Assembly (NCBI RefSeq): GCF_006345805.1
Contig: NC_043012.1
Location: 23,312,001-23,376,000, forward strand
DNA from: Octopus sinensis
Taxonomy: Eukaryota
DNA length: 64,000 nt
Direction of reading: 5' to 3'
Under the pieces are notes generated by a model. The model was given only the letters and a program-made list of their open reading frames with translations. It was not told the DNA's origin and ran no database searches. Position 1 is the first letter of the stretch. Every line of letters begins with the position of its first letter. Shown here in pieces: positions 15,655 through 30,073 of this stretch. The translations under genes and the position numbers were made by a program.

Positions 15655-15855
15655 TCTTTTTTACTCTAGACACAAGGTTCAAAATTTTGGGGGATTAGAT
15701 CGACCCCAGTACACAACTGGTACTTAATTTATCAACCCTGAAAGGATGAGATGCAAAGTCGACCTCAGGGGAATTTGAACTCAGAACATAAAGACAGATG
15801 AAATACCGCTAAGCATTTCACCTGGTGTGCTAATGTTTCTGCCAGCTCACTGCCT
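15655..15855 (-). mobile_element. SINE family B, decayed
   Basis: gatcgaccccagtacacaactggtacttaatttatcaaccctgaaaggatg matches family B. Confidence 0.75.
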
Positions 15856-16989
15856 TTTAGTAAAAAAATATTATTAACATAATTTCTACCATGATAAGTG
15901 ATTCTGTAAACTTCTCAATTTAAAACATTTGGTAATACCATGTTATGGAATGATGTGTCAATTTTGTAACAATCTCAGAAAATTGCAATAAACAAATACA
16001 TCAATTTAGCAATTGTGTTGTATATTATTTTTATTCATGTTTATTCTTTTTATGTTTTCATTCTTATCAACAGATTTTTGGCAGCTAAATGGTAACTAAA
16101 TTTAATTTTAAGCAGCTTCTCCATATGCATAAATGCGTGTGCACATGCGCACGTGCTTGCGTGTATTTATGCATGTCTGTGTGTGTGTAAAATGAAGTTT
16201 TTTAAAAAATTGCTTTATCTAAAGCAACCCTGATGCCTAACATTCTTTTAGCTTTTATCTCTGCCTTCAAAACAAGTTAATAATATTTTATTTTTAAAAA
16301 CAGATAAAGACATATGTTATACTTAATCATGATGAATGCAGATTATAATTTCTGCTAGAAAACGGCTTTCTTAGAGTTACTTCTTTAATAGAAAGAAAAC
16401 AAGGAAAAATAAAACATGGGAATATCAGTAGGTAAGACATCCATGATACTGTTTGCGTTCATTCAGGAATGGTTAAGCAAAGAATGTGGCATTAACTTTT
16501 ATAAGGTCATCAGAACCTGAATTTTGTACAAGGAGAATAATTGTTTTCTAAACACATGTGTCAGATCAGAAATACTAATTGGCTGGCAGGAATTTTGACA
16601 TTAGCTTAAAACCAAGATACAATTTTATGTTATGTGAATAGATATAATTTAATGAAGTGATAAGAAACATTTTTTTGCAAAACTAGTTATGAGTTTGTGT
16701 GTTGTTCCATAACACATTGATTCGCTTCTATTTGTAGTTACACATAAATCGAATACGTATAAGATTATTTTCACATGTAGCACTCCATGAAGATGAACGT
16801 AAGAAAAAATAGAAAAGAGAAACAATACTTGAATGTCTTCAGACTGTAATTATTTTCCATCTATAAGAAATGCCTCGTTTGTAAGATGTTTAATTTAGTT
16901 AGCTCCAGTTATGTCATGCTGACAGTTTCTAAGAGGAATGAAATAGCACTATACATGGCTACCTAAGATTAGAATTTCGAACATCTTAA

Positions 16990-17225
16990 TATCATCATCA
17001 TCATCACCGTTTAACGTCCGTTTTCCATGCTAGCATGGGTTGGACGGTTCAACTGGGGTCTGGGAAGCCAGGAGGCTGTGCCAGGCCCAGTCTGATCTGG
17101 CAGTGTTTCTACAGCTGGATGCCCTTCCTAACGCCAACCACTCCAAGAGTGCAGTGGGTGCTTTTTACGTGCCACCTGCACAGGTGCCAGACGAGGCTGG
17201 CAACGGGCACAATCGGATGGTATGT
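16990..17225 (-). mobile_element. RTE LINE 3' tail copy
   Basis: Near-identical to 200-395, with (CAT)n at the left end. Confidence 0.8.
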
Positions 17226-17867
17226 AAACAATAAATAATCCTGCCAAATATTATGCAGAAATGATTATCTCCTTTACACTAATTGGCCACCTGGGAATAC
17301 TATGTACTTTGCATACATAATTTTTGAAAAATATATGATTCAAATCTCACCAGGTAAAGTAATTTCAATTGTAACATTAGTATTATGCCTATCAAAAAAT
17401 TAAGCAAGTTCCTCATACTGCTTCTAGGAACCCTCATTTCACTTCTCTAAATAGTGAGAGAAATTCTTGCAAAGTAATTTGGAAACATTTCATATTATAT
17501 CCCAAAGAAAATATGTTTACATATAAGGCACATGCATGTTTGTGTGGTTAAGAAGCTTGTTTTTCAACCATATGGTCCAAGGTTCAATACCACAGCACAG
17601 CACATAAGGTAAGTGCCTTTTACTATGGCCCTAATTCAACCAAAGTCTTATGCATGGATTTGGTAGATGGAAACTGAAAGAAACCTATTGCATGTGTGTA
17701 TTTGTGTGTGTATATATATATATACACACACACATACATATATATATACACAAACACACGCATATATATATATATATATATGCGTGTGTGTGTGTGTATA
17801 TATGTATGTATATATATATATATAATATATATACATATATATATATGCGTGTGTATATATATGCGTG

Positions 17868-17950
<83 letters not shown>

Positions 17951-17980
17951 TATATATATATATATATATATTATATATGC

Positions 17981-18012
<32 letters not shown>

Positions 18013-18561
18013 GCGTGTGTGTGTATATATATATATCATTATTTAATGTTTGCTTTCCACACTGGCATTGGTTGTACACTTTGACCGGAGCTGGACAGCT
18101 GAAGAGCTGCCCTGACCCCATGTCTGTTTCAGCATGCTTTCTATGGCTGGATGCCCTTCCTAATGCCAACCAACCACTTAACAGTGTATATTTGGTGCTT
18201 TTACACAGAACCAGCACTGGCATTTTTATGTGGCACCAGCATGGCTGCTTTTTACATAGCACCAGCACCCACGATCTTGCAACATTATGATCACACATAC
18301 ACACACATATATGTATGCATGTGTGCGCTTGCCTTTACAACCATCATATGATGTCAAGACAAGGGTACACACAAACGCACACAGATATATACTTGTATAT
18401 GGGCTTCTTTATAGTTTCTTTTTATCAGATCAACTAACAAGGCTTTGATCAGCCTGGGGCCACAGAAGAAATTTCCCCAAGGTGCCACACAGTTGGACTG
18501 AACCTCAGATTATACAGTCAGGAAGCAAACTTCTTATTATATAGCCATACCTGTACCTATT

Positions 18562-18960
18562 CTCTCTCTTTTACTTGTTTCAGTCATTTGACTGTGGCCA
18601 TGCTGGAGCTCCACCTTTAGTCGAGCAAATCGACCCTGGGACTTATTCTTTGTAAGCCCAGTACTTATTCTATCAGTCTCTTTTGCCGAACTGCTAAGTG
18701 ACGGGGATGTAAACACACCAGCATCGGTTGTCAAGCAATGCTAGGGGCACAAACACAGACACACAAACACATATATATATATATATACATATACGACAGG
18801 CTTCTTTCAGTTTCCGTCTACCAAATCCTCTCACAAGGCATTGGTCGGCCTGGGGCTATAGCAGAAGATACTTGCCCAAGGTGCTACGCAATAGGACTGA
18901 ACCTGGAACCATGTGGTCGGTTAGCAAGCTACTTACCACACAGCCACTCCTGCGCCTATA
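18562..18960 (-). mobile_element. SINE family A, full length
   Basis: Reverse complement of 1130-1513 at high identity. Confidence 0.88.
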
Positions 18961-19456
18961 TAATGATTTGTTGAAAACAATTTTTTAAAAAATTCTAATA
19001 ATGATATTGCCCTTTTTGATGCAACTCTATACTGTTTTCTCTCTAATTCCCTTTTACTCTCCGTGTTTACTATTTTTTCCTCATTCAGGTCTAACGACCC
19101 TCCATGTTTGTTTTCATTAGGTTTCCCTGTATATCTCCACTGTCCTGTTTTCGTTCCTGACTTTGACCCTCCAAAATTTTATTTTTGTATTCATGGGAGC
19201 AACTGTCTTCGAAAACTCATATTGTCATTGACTGCTCGAAACGGGGAAGTAGATAGACAGCCGACAACTGATGAAGGGTCATTCTTTGTATTACTTGTCC
19301 TTTTTTTCTCTCTCTCGTTATTTGCGTATTTAACTCATTTGCTTTTGTATTTCCTGTTGTTTACTGGTGATGGCCTGTACCCATATATGCATACACACAC
19401 ACAGACACACACACACACACACACACATATAAATACACACACATATATATATAAAT

Positions 19457-19525
<69 letters not shown>

Positions 19526-19859
19526 TATATATATTATTTATATTATTATACAGATACGTATGCAAATTTATATAATTTATATGTATATATTTATATGTAT
19601 ATATATATATATATATACATGTGTGTGTGTGTTGCTTTATGTTGAATGAATGAGAAAGGAGTGCTCAGTGCATGTTGTAGAGGATATAGTTTATTGTTTT
19701 TGATCCCTTGCAACTGAAGCTGAGAGTTTGTCTCATGCCTCATGTTTCAAGCCATTGCAATCATCAGCCTTTACCTAGAGATGGCAGTAAAGTTGGCTTT
19801 AGCATGAAAGTAGAATTATGGGAAAAACTCTCAACTTCCGTTGCAATAAAAAAATCCCC

Positions 19860-19894
<35 letters not shown>

Positions 19895-20109
19895 TACATA
19901 TATATATGTTACAGTTTTTTTTTCCAGTTTCTATGAACTAATTTTACTCACAATGTACTGGTCAACCTGCTAATATAGAGGAGGACACAAGCTGATGGTG
20001 TCTGCATTATCACCTGGTGTAGATATAATTAATTAAAAAAGATTGTGTAAAAGAAAATTTGACAAAAAAGAAAACAGCTCTAAACACCATAGTCTGATAT
20101 ATGCTTTAA

Positions 20110-20330
20110 CCCTTTAGCATTCAAACCGGCCATATCCGGCCAAAATATTTAACCTGTTTTATATTGAAACTGACCAGATCTTGCCTCTCACCTCAGCCCT
20201 ACCATGTCATTCTAAAACTAAAATAATCACATCACTGAAATCTCTAAACTACAAGATAATGCAGGATTAATTCAAAACAATATAAATAAACAAACATAAC
20301 ATTTGACAGAATAATCTGAACACTAAAGGG
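20110..20330 (+). mobile_element. piggyBac-like MITE, 221 bp
   Basis: TTAA TSD at 20106-20109 and 20331-20334; termini ccctttag...ctaaaggg; further copies at 37983-38200 and 40931-41126. Confidence 0.88.
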
Positions 20331-23300
20331 TTAAGTTGACATGAAATTAATTTTTTGGCTCTCTTCTAACAAAATAAAGAACATTTACGTGATATTTAAT
20401 CAACATGACTTTTTTTCTTTGTTATTAAATGAAACCAAGAAATATGAAAGGCCCAGAAAACAGGATTCAAACTTCATATAATGAATTCTTAAAGTGTAGA
20501 ACTATATTACAAGATTAAACACCTTAAAAACTTTAGTGCATAATCTTCAATTATCATGCAATTCAATACAAAATGTAGTATGACAAGGTGACAACTCAGT
20601 CATATACTGCAGGATTTTAAAGTTCATTATTCCATGTCCAATGTGAGTAACGATTGAATTATATCTTCGAAAAGCCTGATGGCTAAGAAGTAAAATGGCT
20701 AAATAGTTAGAGCAATGAAGCCATACATTATGAATTCAGATTGCAACAAGCATTATTTTATGTCCTTGAGCAATTCGCATTATTCTTCATCATTCAATTC
20801 ATCTAGTTATTAAAGTCCTACTTTACAATATTTTATAACAAAGCTAAGAAGAGCAATCAAATATATTTTTTAAAAAATAATAAAACTGTTTAAAAAAATT
20901 TTCTGAAATATCCAGTTTTGTAGACTGTCCGTAGTACTATAAAAATGAATAAAACAATTTTTGAAAAATTAATGGATAAAAAAAATAAAATTTCAAAAAA
21001 TGTCAATTGTGTTCCAGAAGTGTTGCTTCATCAAAAATGCCACAAAATATAATTCACAGAGCATTCTACTAAACCTAGTTTATAAATAAAAATAATTAAA
21101 CATTAACTAAAAACAAATAAATTATAAATTAACAATTTGAAAATTAATTTCTTTTTTTGAAAAAAAAAAACCTTTTATATTTTATATTTTGATAATATTT
21201 CTTTTAAACAATTAACTATCATTCAGGTGTTTTAATAACTTTTGGGCTTTAAAAAAAAAAATATGGATGTGAACAAATCAGAAATGTTACATGAAGATAA
21301 TCCTTTGCAAATAAATACTCTAAATCACTTGATTTATAGTTTTGTTTAGTGATTTCAGCTTTGGTAATAGCAATTTGCAGGAAGAGCATGTGAATCGTCA
21401 AAAATCTTTTCTTGTACTTTTATGCATGTAAATTTGAAGAGTGCTAACATTAAATTAAAACAAATAACAGTAAAGAGGAATAAAAAATAAAAGTAAAATA
21501 AAATAGAATAAATAAATTCAGAATGAGATAAAAGAAAAAAAAAAATTGGTCTTCATCTGCAGAAGAGCAATTTTTGAAGCTTAACACATTTTCAACTATG
21601 AGCATTGAATTGAATGACAAGGAATACAGACTACAAAAGCATCCTATGGTATTGATGAATAAGTTTCCGGTATACACTCAAGTTTGTCTAATTCTTGAAA
21701 TAATAATGATTAGCTTGTTCCATTCAATTGTCAGTTATTATTGCTGTTGTACTTGGTGGCAGTGTTGTTGTTGTTGTTGTTGCTGCTGATACTGTTCTTG
21801 TTATTTACCAAAATATAAAAAAATAATATAATGTACAAGCTTTGCATGCAGTTCTAACAAAATTGTCTGTTGACTATGAATGACAAAGTCTGTTGACTAA
21901 TTAAATTTGCTGCTGCTACTACTACTACTACTACTGCTAAGAGAAAAAAAGTTTTTATTAAAACAAATAATATTCAGTAAACAATTGTAAAGAGTTGATC
22001 ATTGGGGGAGGAAGGAGGGAGGGAGGAAAAAAAATGTGTTTTTGTGTGTGTGAATGTGTGTTCTATAAAGACAAGGCAACAGTAGGAAAATGATCAACTT
22101 GCTTAAATCCATCAACAAGTAAACATTGTTTTAAATTCAAAATGCTAGAAGTGTCAAACATTTCATAATTTCACATTGACATCATTCTTCGTCTGAGTCT
22201 ATAATTTCTCTGTAATATAAATCTATTATTGTCTGCTTTATGAATGTATCTGAATATGTATGAATGAAAACTAGGAAGGAAAAGAAAGAAAGAAACAAAC
22301 AAAACAAAGCAAAAATGAAAGCAATTATGAAAGCAGATGTGTTGATCTTCTTGATTGCTAGCTATTATGGAAGCACAAGTAAGTCTCTGATGATCTTTCA
22401 AAACCCTGAAATACTTCAAATGACTTGAGATCAATCATGATTGATGTTTCATTCATAGCAATTTCTCATATACTATTGAGAAGAAAAAACAGAAACCCAA
22501 GTGTATCCCAAAGACAAGGCATCTTCTTAAGAGCCAGAAAAACTTCATTCTTGATTTTTTCTGACCTCAATCAATTATCAAGTATAATTTGAAGAACTGT
22601 TTACATATCTTGGTTAGCGCCAATGCTATGTGCCTTCGACCACAAGAAAAAATTTTTTTTTAAAATAAACACAACCTAGTTCATCAATAATTTATAACCC
22701 TGAGTCAAATAGAAAGTTTCTATATAGAGAGTCAGATAGAAATAGCAGTAACATATCACTCAAACCACACCCTACTGTCTTAGATACAGAAAAGACACAA
22801 AGTACAAAGTGCTCAATGTACAGTAGCCATGCTGGTTAGATTTAATCCTTGGGTGGCATACTTAATCACTGAGTTGTAGACTCAAAAACATACCAGTTTA
22901 AATAAAGAAAATATACATAAAGTAGCTGTAGACGTACTCGTATAATGGTGTGATGGTCATGTTTGGAATGTCTGCTTGATTAAAGTTGATCAGAGATGTG
23001 AAAACAATATGTAATCCCTACAGTACACATGTACTGTCTTTCCTTCAATTATCTCCTAACAACTGTACCACTGCACTCCCTAACAAGTGTGCCACTTCTG
23101 TTTGTCCTTACATATACCTCTCTTTCCATCATTATTACTGCAGTGCTCCACTTCTCAAGCCTTATACTTGACACAATCCTCCCACTTTTTATGGTAATTC
23201 CCTTTCTCTGGCCAACTATCTTCTATACAAAATGTTTAGCATGAACCTACAAGAAGTTCAAGTGGAACATTAAATACACACACACATCCTACTCTCCAAT

Positions 23301-24142
23301 TTCCTTTTTACATCAACCCTGCAATGTAAACAAATATTGTAAATTTGGTATTGCTCCTATTTCTTTTTCTCCATTTGAATCTTTAGAACCATTATTTTTC
23401 ATTGTATATACTTTCTGATTAGTACTTGTTTACTTTCTGCTTTAGTTTGAACTTGTCTTTTACATATATACAGACACAGTAGGCCAAATGGTTTTACAAG
23501 TTTGTGGTGCAATCACAAAATCCACAGCTCAGTCACACTGTACAACATCTTAAACAGCACTGTTTTATGTTGATTCTGCTTGAAAATTATATTAAGGTGA
23601 GCAGCTGGCACAGTTAATTGAACAAGATATTTGGTGCCTATGTAGTTGCAAGCAGACACCGACACCCTCTCTAGTCATAACCTCTGACACACTGAAACAT
23701 TCACGATGTGACATCTTAAGGGATACATTTATAAAAACTTTGTATTCTTTATATCAAAATTTTATGATTTGGTTCCAAACACTTAGAAGACTATACTTAA
23801 ATATTTTGAATGAAACACAGCCATGCCTGTGGCTGAATGATGATGATGCTCATTTATGACCATCATGTAATGTCTAGACAAAGGTACACACAAATGCATA
23901 CACACACACACACATGTAAATACATATGCACAATATATGTACCTATATATAAAAAATGGGCTTCTTTCAGTTTCCATCTACCAAGTGTACACGCAAGACA
24001 TTGGTCAGATCAGGCCTATAGTAGAAGACAGTTGCCCAAGGTGCCATGCAGTGGGACTGAACCCACGACTACATGGTTGGGAAGCAAGCTTCTTAACCAA
24101 AAAGACCACACAGCCATTCCTGTACCTATATATATGTATATA

Positions 24143-24177
<35 letters not shown>

Positions 24178-24185
24178 ATTGAAGT

Positions 24186-24436
24186 AGATAAATGAATTAT
24201 CTTATTACGGATAATTCAAATGATAACCGATACCTGGGTAGCAAAAATCACAACAGAAAAAGCACGGTTGAGGTTACGACCATGGGGCCTAAAATCCGTG
24301 CCTTAGTGCGGAAATTTGAAGTTTTATATATTTAGTGTAGGAAGAAATGGAGCTGAACGAAGATTTAAGAAAATTCCCTTTTATTATTTTCTACATATAT
24401 TTCAAAGGCTGCAAAGTCCCTAATTTCTTCCTACAC

Positions 24437-24445
<9 letters not shown>
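24186..24445 (-). mobile_element. Penelope-like 3' end, truncated within its HHR, with a 23-bp inverted duplication
   Basis: Similar to 59050-59270; minus strand GAAAUAUAUGUA-GAAAA (3' half of an HHR) at 24387-24403; inverted repeat 24326-24348 / 24423-24445; (TA)n on both sides. Confidence 0.6.
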
Positions 24446-24474
<29 letters not shown>

Positions 24475-24716
24475 AATATTATATATAAGTATGTATGTAT
24501 ATATAAACATACCGACACACATCACAGTCACTCAAATGACATTACATATTCATCCAGCAGATACCAGCATGAAAAAAAAAAACAAAAACACAATGTTAAA
24601 ATGATGAGGATTAACGACCAGGTACACAATGCATACTTGAGGTATTTTTTCATTTAATTAGAAGCATATTTTTTTCTAAATGAAGCTATATAATAAAATT
24701 TCATTGAGAATATATG

Positions 24717-24737
<21 letters not shown>

Positions 24738-24758
<21 letters not shown>

Positions 24759-24989
24759 TACACCGGAGTAAACACATAAATGTTAAACAAGGTGGAAAAA
24801 AGAGTACTCAAATACCAGTGGTAGAGTAATATGCTTTATTTAAAGCAGCAGAAAATTCAACAAAACCTGTTACTCTGAGTTTCGCGTTGCCGTTCATTGC
24901 CATTTTTTGCTAGCAAAAACTGTCCGATGAACGGCAACGCGAAAATTCGAGTAACAGGTTTTGTTGAATTTTCTGCTGCTTTAAAAAAA

Positions 24990-24990
<1 letters not shown>
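24738..24990. mobile_element. Penelope-like fold-back with two degenerate HHR copies
   Basis: 59-bp inverted arms 24839-24897 / 24927-24985 (3 mismatches); plus strand CUGU-CCGAUGA-ACGGCAACGC-GAAAAUUCGAGUA-ACAG at 24920-24956; (TA)n on both sides. Confidence 0.65.
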
Positions 24991-25042
<52 letters not shown>

Positions 25043-25056
25043 ATATATATATGTGG

Positions 25057-25087
<31 letters not shown>

Positions 25088-25484
25088 TGTGTATGTGTGT
25101 GCACATCACAATAAATGCTTGCATATGCATACAAAGGTATATACAGCTGTATACACATACACAGAGACAACAAATATATATCACAATACATGCACAATGC
25201 ATACACATGCATATGTAATTATGTGTAAAAATGAGGAAGTCTGTATGGAGAGGTCTTAATGTAAATTGAGATTACAATGTACAATTATAATTGGTTCTGA
25301 GCCAGATATCACTCATACTACATGCTCTAAGTACAGCATGTTGGAAAAGTTCTTGTTCCTTTCCTGTTTTGAAATGAAAAATAAAAAAAAACAACAGAAA
25401 AACGGAAAATAAATAAATAAATGAATAAAATAATAATATTAATGATAATAATAATGATAATAACAATGGTTTCAAATTTTGGCA

Positions 25485-25686
25485 CAAGGCTAGCTGTTTT
25501 TTTTGGGGGGGGGCGTATAAGTCAAATAGATTGACCCTAGTATCCAACTAGTACTTATTTTATTGACTCAGAGAGGATGAAAGGCAAAGTCGACTCTAGT
25601 GGAATTTGAACTCAGAACATAAAGATGGATGAAATGTTGCTAAGCAACTTGTCTGGTGTGTTAACGATTCTGCCAGCTTGCTTCCT
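25485..25686 (-). mobile_element. SINE family B, decayed
   Basis: ggatgaaaggcaaagtcgactctagtggaatttgaactcagaac matches family B. Confidence 0.7.
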
Positions 25687-25703
25687 TAGTAGTAGCAGTC
25701 AGA

Positions 25704-26008
25704 GACCCCTTTTGGTCATGAATGACCATGGGATTGCACCTAGAAAGTTACCCTCTGAGGCACAAGTGCAGGCAAGCTTGTTTATGCAAGACTAGCAGTC
25801 ACCCATGCATACCACCGATGTTATCCAAGGGAAAGGCAAAGGGGCCGATAGAGCTTGGCACCAGTGACATCGCAACTCATTTCTACAGCTGAGTGAACTG
25901 GAGCAACATGAAATAAAGTGTCTTGCTCAAGAACACAACACGCAGCCCGGTCCGGGATTCGAACTCACAACCTCACGGTCGTAAATTCGACAGTCTAACC
26001 ACTGAACC

Positions 26009-26010
<2 letters not shown>
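25704..26010 (-). mobile_element. SINE family C
   Basis: Matches 449-777 and 28650-28983. Confidence 0.82.
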
Positions 26011-26064
<54 letters not shown>

Positions 26065-26198
26065 TTCTACTAAAGGCACAAGGCCTGAAATTTTGTGGGA
26101 GGGGGACTAGTCGATTACATATATATATATATATGGGACTAAAGAAACAGCTGTCAGTAAATGGAATAAACATATCACCTCCTACTTCTCTAATTTTG

Positions 26199-26249
<51 letters not shown>

Positions 26250-26251
<2 letters not shown>

Positions 26252-26412
26252 TGCAGGAGTGGCTGTGTGGTAGGTAGCTTGCTTACCAGCCACATGGTTC
26301 CGGGTTCAGTCCCACTGCGTGGCATCTTGGGCAAGTGTCTTCTGCTATAGCCCGGGCCGTCCAATGCCTTGTGAGTGGATTTGGTAGATGGAAACTGAAA
26401 GAGCCTGTCGTA

Positions 26413-26500
<88 letters not shown>

Positions 26501-26712
26501 ATATGTTTGTGTGTCTGTGTTGTCCCCCTAGCATTGCTTGACAACCGATGCTGGTGTGTTTACGTCCCCGTCACTAAGCGGTTTGGCAAAATAGGCCGAT
26601 AGAATAAGTACTGGGCTTACAAAGAATAAGTCCCGGGGTCGATTTGCTCGACTAAAGGCGGCGCTCCAGCATGGCTGCAGTCAAATGACTGAAACAAGTA
26701 AACGAGTAAAGA
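26250..26712 (+). mobile_element. SINE family A, full length, expanded internal (TA)n
   Basis: High identity to 1130-1513. Confidence 0.88.
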
Positions 26713-27549
26713 GTATATATATATATATATATATATATATAACAACTGGCTTCTATGTATTATGCACTTTTCATCAATTAAATTCCTTTAGAAGGCATTG
26801 GTTGGCAGCCCAGGACTATAGCAGAAGTTACCTGCCTGAAGTGTTGTGCAATAAGAGGGAACTGAAAACAACATGGCTGCAAAGTGAGCTCCTTAACTCC
26901 ACAGTCATCCCTGCATCTGTTGAAAGGAAATTATAAACCTGCATGCACACTAGTATCACTGGTATCACCATTGTCAACTCATTTGCCCAATCCACCTCCT
27001 TATGAAATAGCAGTCAAAAAACTAACTGAGGCTTTGGCCACAATGGAAGCCCCAATCTTCACCATCCGACATCCCACACTATCTCATGTGCCAAATAAGC
27101 CATGATATCCTGAAGCCCTCTCTGAGGAGGTTTTGGCAGCAGATGGGCCTTGTAGCCAACAAAACTGACCTTTTCCCAAGAAGTGGAAGAATATGCAGTC
27201 GAGTCCAGTCAGACATATTCTCACACAAGGCATGATAGTCACACAATAGAACACTAATAAAGTGATATGGGTGTTGCTCACCTCCACCTGACCTTTCAAG
27301 AACAGCTTTCTCTCAACCCATTTCTTAGTTAGACTGATCATCATGCTCTAATACAAGGAGGAGGGGGGGGGAATTTACACCTGACGGTTACTGAATAGGC
27401 TAATAATTTATTATTAACCCATCAGAAAAAATGAGACAAGACATTGAAATTTTTTAATCAAGTGATTACATTATCTCAGTGGTCCTTGATATTTTTCACT
27501 CAGCAGTGCACTGGAGACCAGCTAAAGAATTGCTAGCACACATCACACA

Positions 27550-27850
27550 GTGGAGGCACATGGCCTAGTGGTTAGAGCAGCAGACTCGCGGTCGAGGGAT
27601 CACGGGTTCGAATCTCAGACTGTGTGTTTATGAGCGAAACACCTAAGCTCCACACGACTCTGGCAGAAGGTAATGGCGAAACTTCTGCTGACTCTTTTGT
27701 CACAACTTTCTCTCACTCTTTCCTCCTGCATCTTGCAGCTCACCTGCGACGGACTGGTGTCCCATCCAGGTGGGGAACCTATACGCCAAGAAACTGGGAA
27801 ACCGGCCCTTATGAGCCAGGCATGGCTCGAGAAGGAACACACAACAACAA
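27550..27850 (+). mobile_element. tRNA-derived SINE, family D, with V-domain-like core
   Basis: A box tggcctagtggtt, B box gggttcgaatc; core cctgcgacggactggtgtcccatccaggtgg resembles the V-SINE conserved domain as recalled; (caa)n-like tail. Confidence 0.75.
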
Positions 27851-28238
27851 ACAACATCACACAGGAATTTTTTTTCTTATATGTTTTTCAGTATAAAAAT
27901 AGAGAGAAAAACTACAGAAAAGTACAGCTTACTTTTATCAATAAATAATATTTGTGTGTAGCAAAATAATGGATAACACAAATTAGTTATTAGTGACAGA
28001 AGCATATTAATTCAAAATAGCATTCTGTATATCTTACTGAATGTGGATATACTTAGAAAAGCCACAATACTGCAGGACTTGTCTCAAGAAAGCATCTCAT
28101 GAACACCTCAGTGTTACAGCTTCCCACAGTTTATCCCACATTGTGTAAAATATACAGAATATTATTATGAACAAAACACTTTTTAAGGTACTCAAGCATC
28201 GGTAAGGATTTTTTGTAAGACTTCAATTTTATGTTTAA

Positions 28239-28458
28239 CCCTTTTGTTACTAACCTGGCCAAAACCAGCTCTGGTTATGTGGTAAAATGTCTTGTTTTCA
28301 TAAGTTTTGAATAAAAATCTTCCACCAAGCCTTACTCACAATTTACATTCCTAACACTAGCTTAATGATAACTAAGTTATTTTACTAAATTCTTTGTTAT
28401 AGTTAAAGTAATTGAAAGAAACACAGAGCATCTCAAAATAAATACGGTAGCGAAAGGG
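28239..28458. mobile_element. piggyBac-like MITE, second family, 220 bp
   Basis: TTAA at 28235-28238 and 28459-28462; imperfect TIR cccttttgttact / ggtagcgaaaggg. Confidence 0.8.
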
Positions 28459-28649
28459 TTAAATAAATTACAGGGCATTTAGATACACCTTATGGTGATG
28501 CTCTGCCAGAGAATTACTGGGTTTTCTTTTCTTTGGCGGTTTTACCAAATGAAATAGTGCGGTGTATGAGGTGGGGAAGACTGGTGTGTGGCATGTTTAG
28601 ATGCTCCTTCACAGTAGTGCTCTGCCTGAGATCAACTGTAAAGGGTAAA

Positions 28650-28983
28650 GACCCCTTTCAGTCATGAATGACCATGGGATTGCACCTAGAAAGTTACCCT
28701 CCTAGACACAAGTCCGGGCAAGGTTGTTTATGGAAGACCAGCAGTCGCCCATGCATACCAGCCTCCCTTCTCCACGCCACCAGTGTTATCCAAGGGAAAG
28801 ACAAAGGCCGATACAGCTTGGCACCTATGACGTCGCAACTCATTTCTACAGCTGAGTGAACTGGAGCAACATGAAATAAAGTGTCTTGCTCAAGAACACA
28901 ACACGCAGCCCGGTCCGGGATTCGAGCTCACAACCTCACGATCGTAAGCTCGACGCTCTAACCACTGAGCCATGCGCCTTCAC
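28650..28983 (-). mobile_element. SINE family C, full length
   Basis: Complete tRNA-like head; flanking duplication tgagatcaactgta at 28627-28640 and 28995-29008. Confidence 0.88.
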
Positions 28984-29713
28984 TGTATTAAACATGAGAT
29001 CAACTGTATTAAACATGAAAAAGATCCATCAATAAATAAATTTGACTGGAATATTGAAAAGAACAAATATGAAACTAAATTATTGTTATATTATCATGGC
29101 CTTTATTTTAAACAAATAGACCTATTTATTTCACCAAAAGGTAGAATAAATGAATAAATTATTTAAACAGCCAAAAAAAAAAAAGTGTCAATGCATGTAT
29201 GCATAATGGTATGTAGTTTATGTATACAAATATATATTACGTCTGAGCATTACATATAACTTCAGGTCAAAATTAAGAGCTTTCAGGAATATGAAAAAAA
29301 AAAAAAAAAACAGAGAGGGGGGGAGAGTAAAACTTCCAATAAATTTGTCAACAATTGGATGATAATTGCTGTTTGGTATGTGCTTTGTTTTACAATTACT
29401 TTCTGTTGAGAAAACTATTCTTTGCCTTCTTTGGAAAGTTCTAATGATGTGAAGGTTACTATGGAAACAGATAACATTGAAGATGAAAACAGACTTGAAA
29501 GTACATAGGCACATCCAGAGTTAAGTGAACACACGAAGAATGAAAGAATATGAAAGTTAATGTAAAAACAATGCAGATTAACCAAAACTAGGGGTTTAAC
29601 TGTAAGGGATTGCAATTTCCATGCATGCATGTATGTATAATTGCACATACAAATGTATGAATATATATATAATGATAAATCTCAGAGTGAGTTATAAACA
29701 GTAGCGGTAACAG

Positions 29714-30073
29714 AACGTGATGCATATATGCCATTTGAATATGGCGAACCCAAAAGGGTGGACGCTACTGTAGTTTGTAGCCCCAGGAAGACACCTCATC
29801 CCGCTGGCTATAGACACACTATCTGTGTCCTGTCAGTATTTGTGAAGGGGAGTCATGATTGTCACACGCTGATGAAAGGTAAACACCTTGAAACTCGGGT
29901 ACGTGTGTATCATGTGTTGAAGACGGGGAGGATGACTCCCCTTCACAAATACTGACAGGATACAGATAGTGTGTCTATAGCCAGCGGGAGGAGGTGTCTT
30001 CCTGGGGCTACAAACTACAGTAGCATCCACCCTTTTGGGTTAGCCATATTCAAATGGCATATATGCATCACGT

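Noticed and set aside
19190-19285. CGAAAC...GUA upstream of CUGAUGA, suggesting a permuted (type II) HHR
   Set aside because: Helix I cannot be formed and helix II needs bulges; at best a decayed remnant
26990-27330. Possible decayed L1/Tx1-like coding fragment on the minus strand
   Set aside because: Multiple stops and no motif that could be named with confidence
27550-27620. tRNA gene, and likewise other tRNA-like heads
   Set aside because: A and B boxes are present but no complete cloverleaf was seen, and the sequence continues into a SINE body
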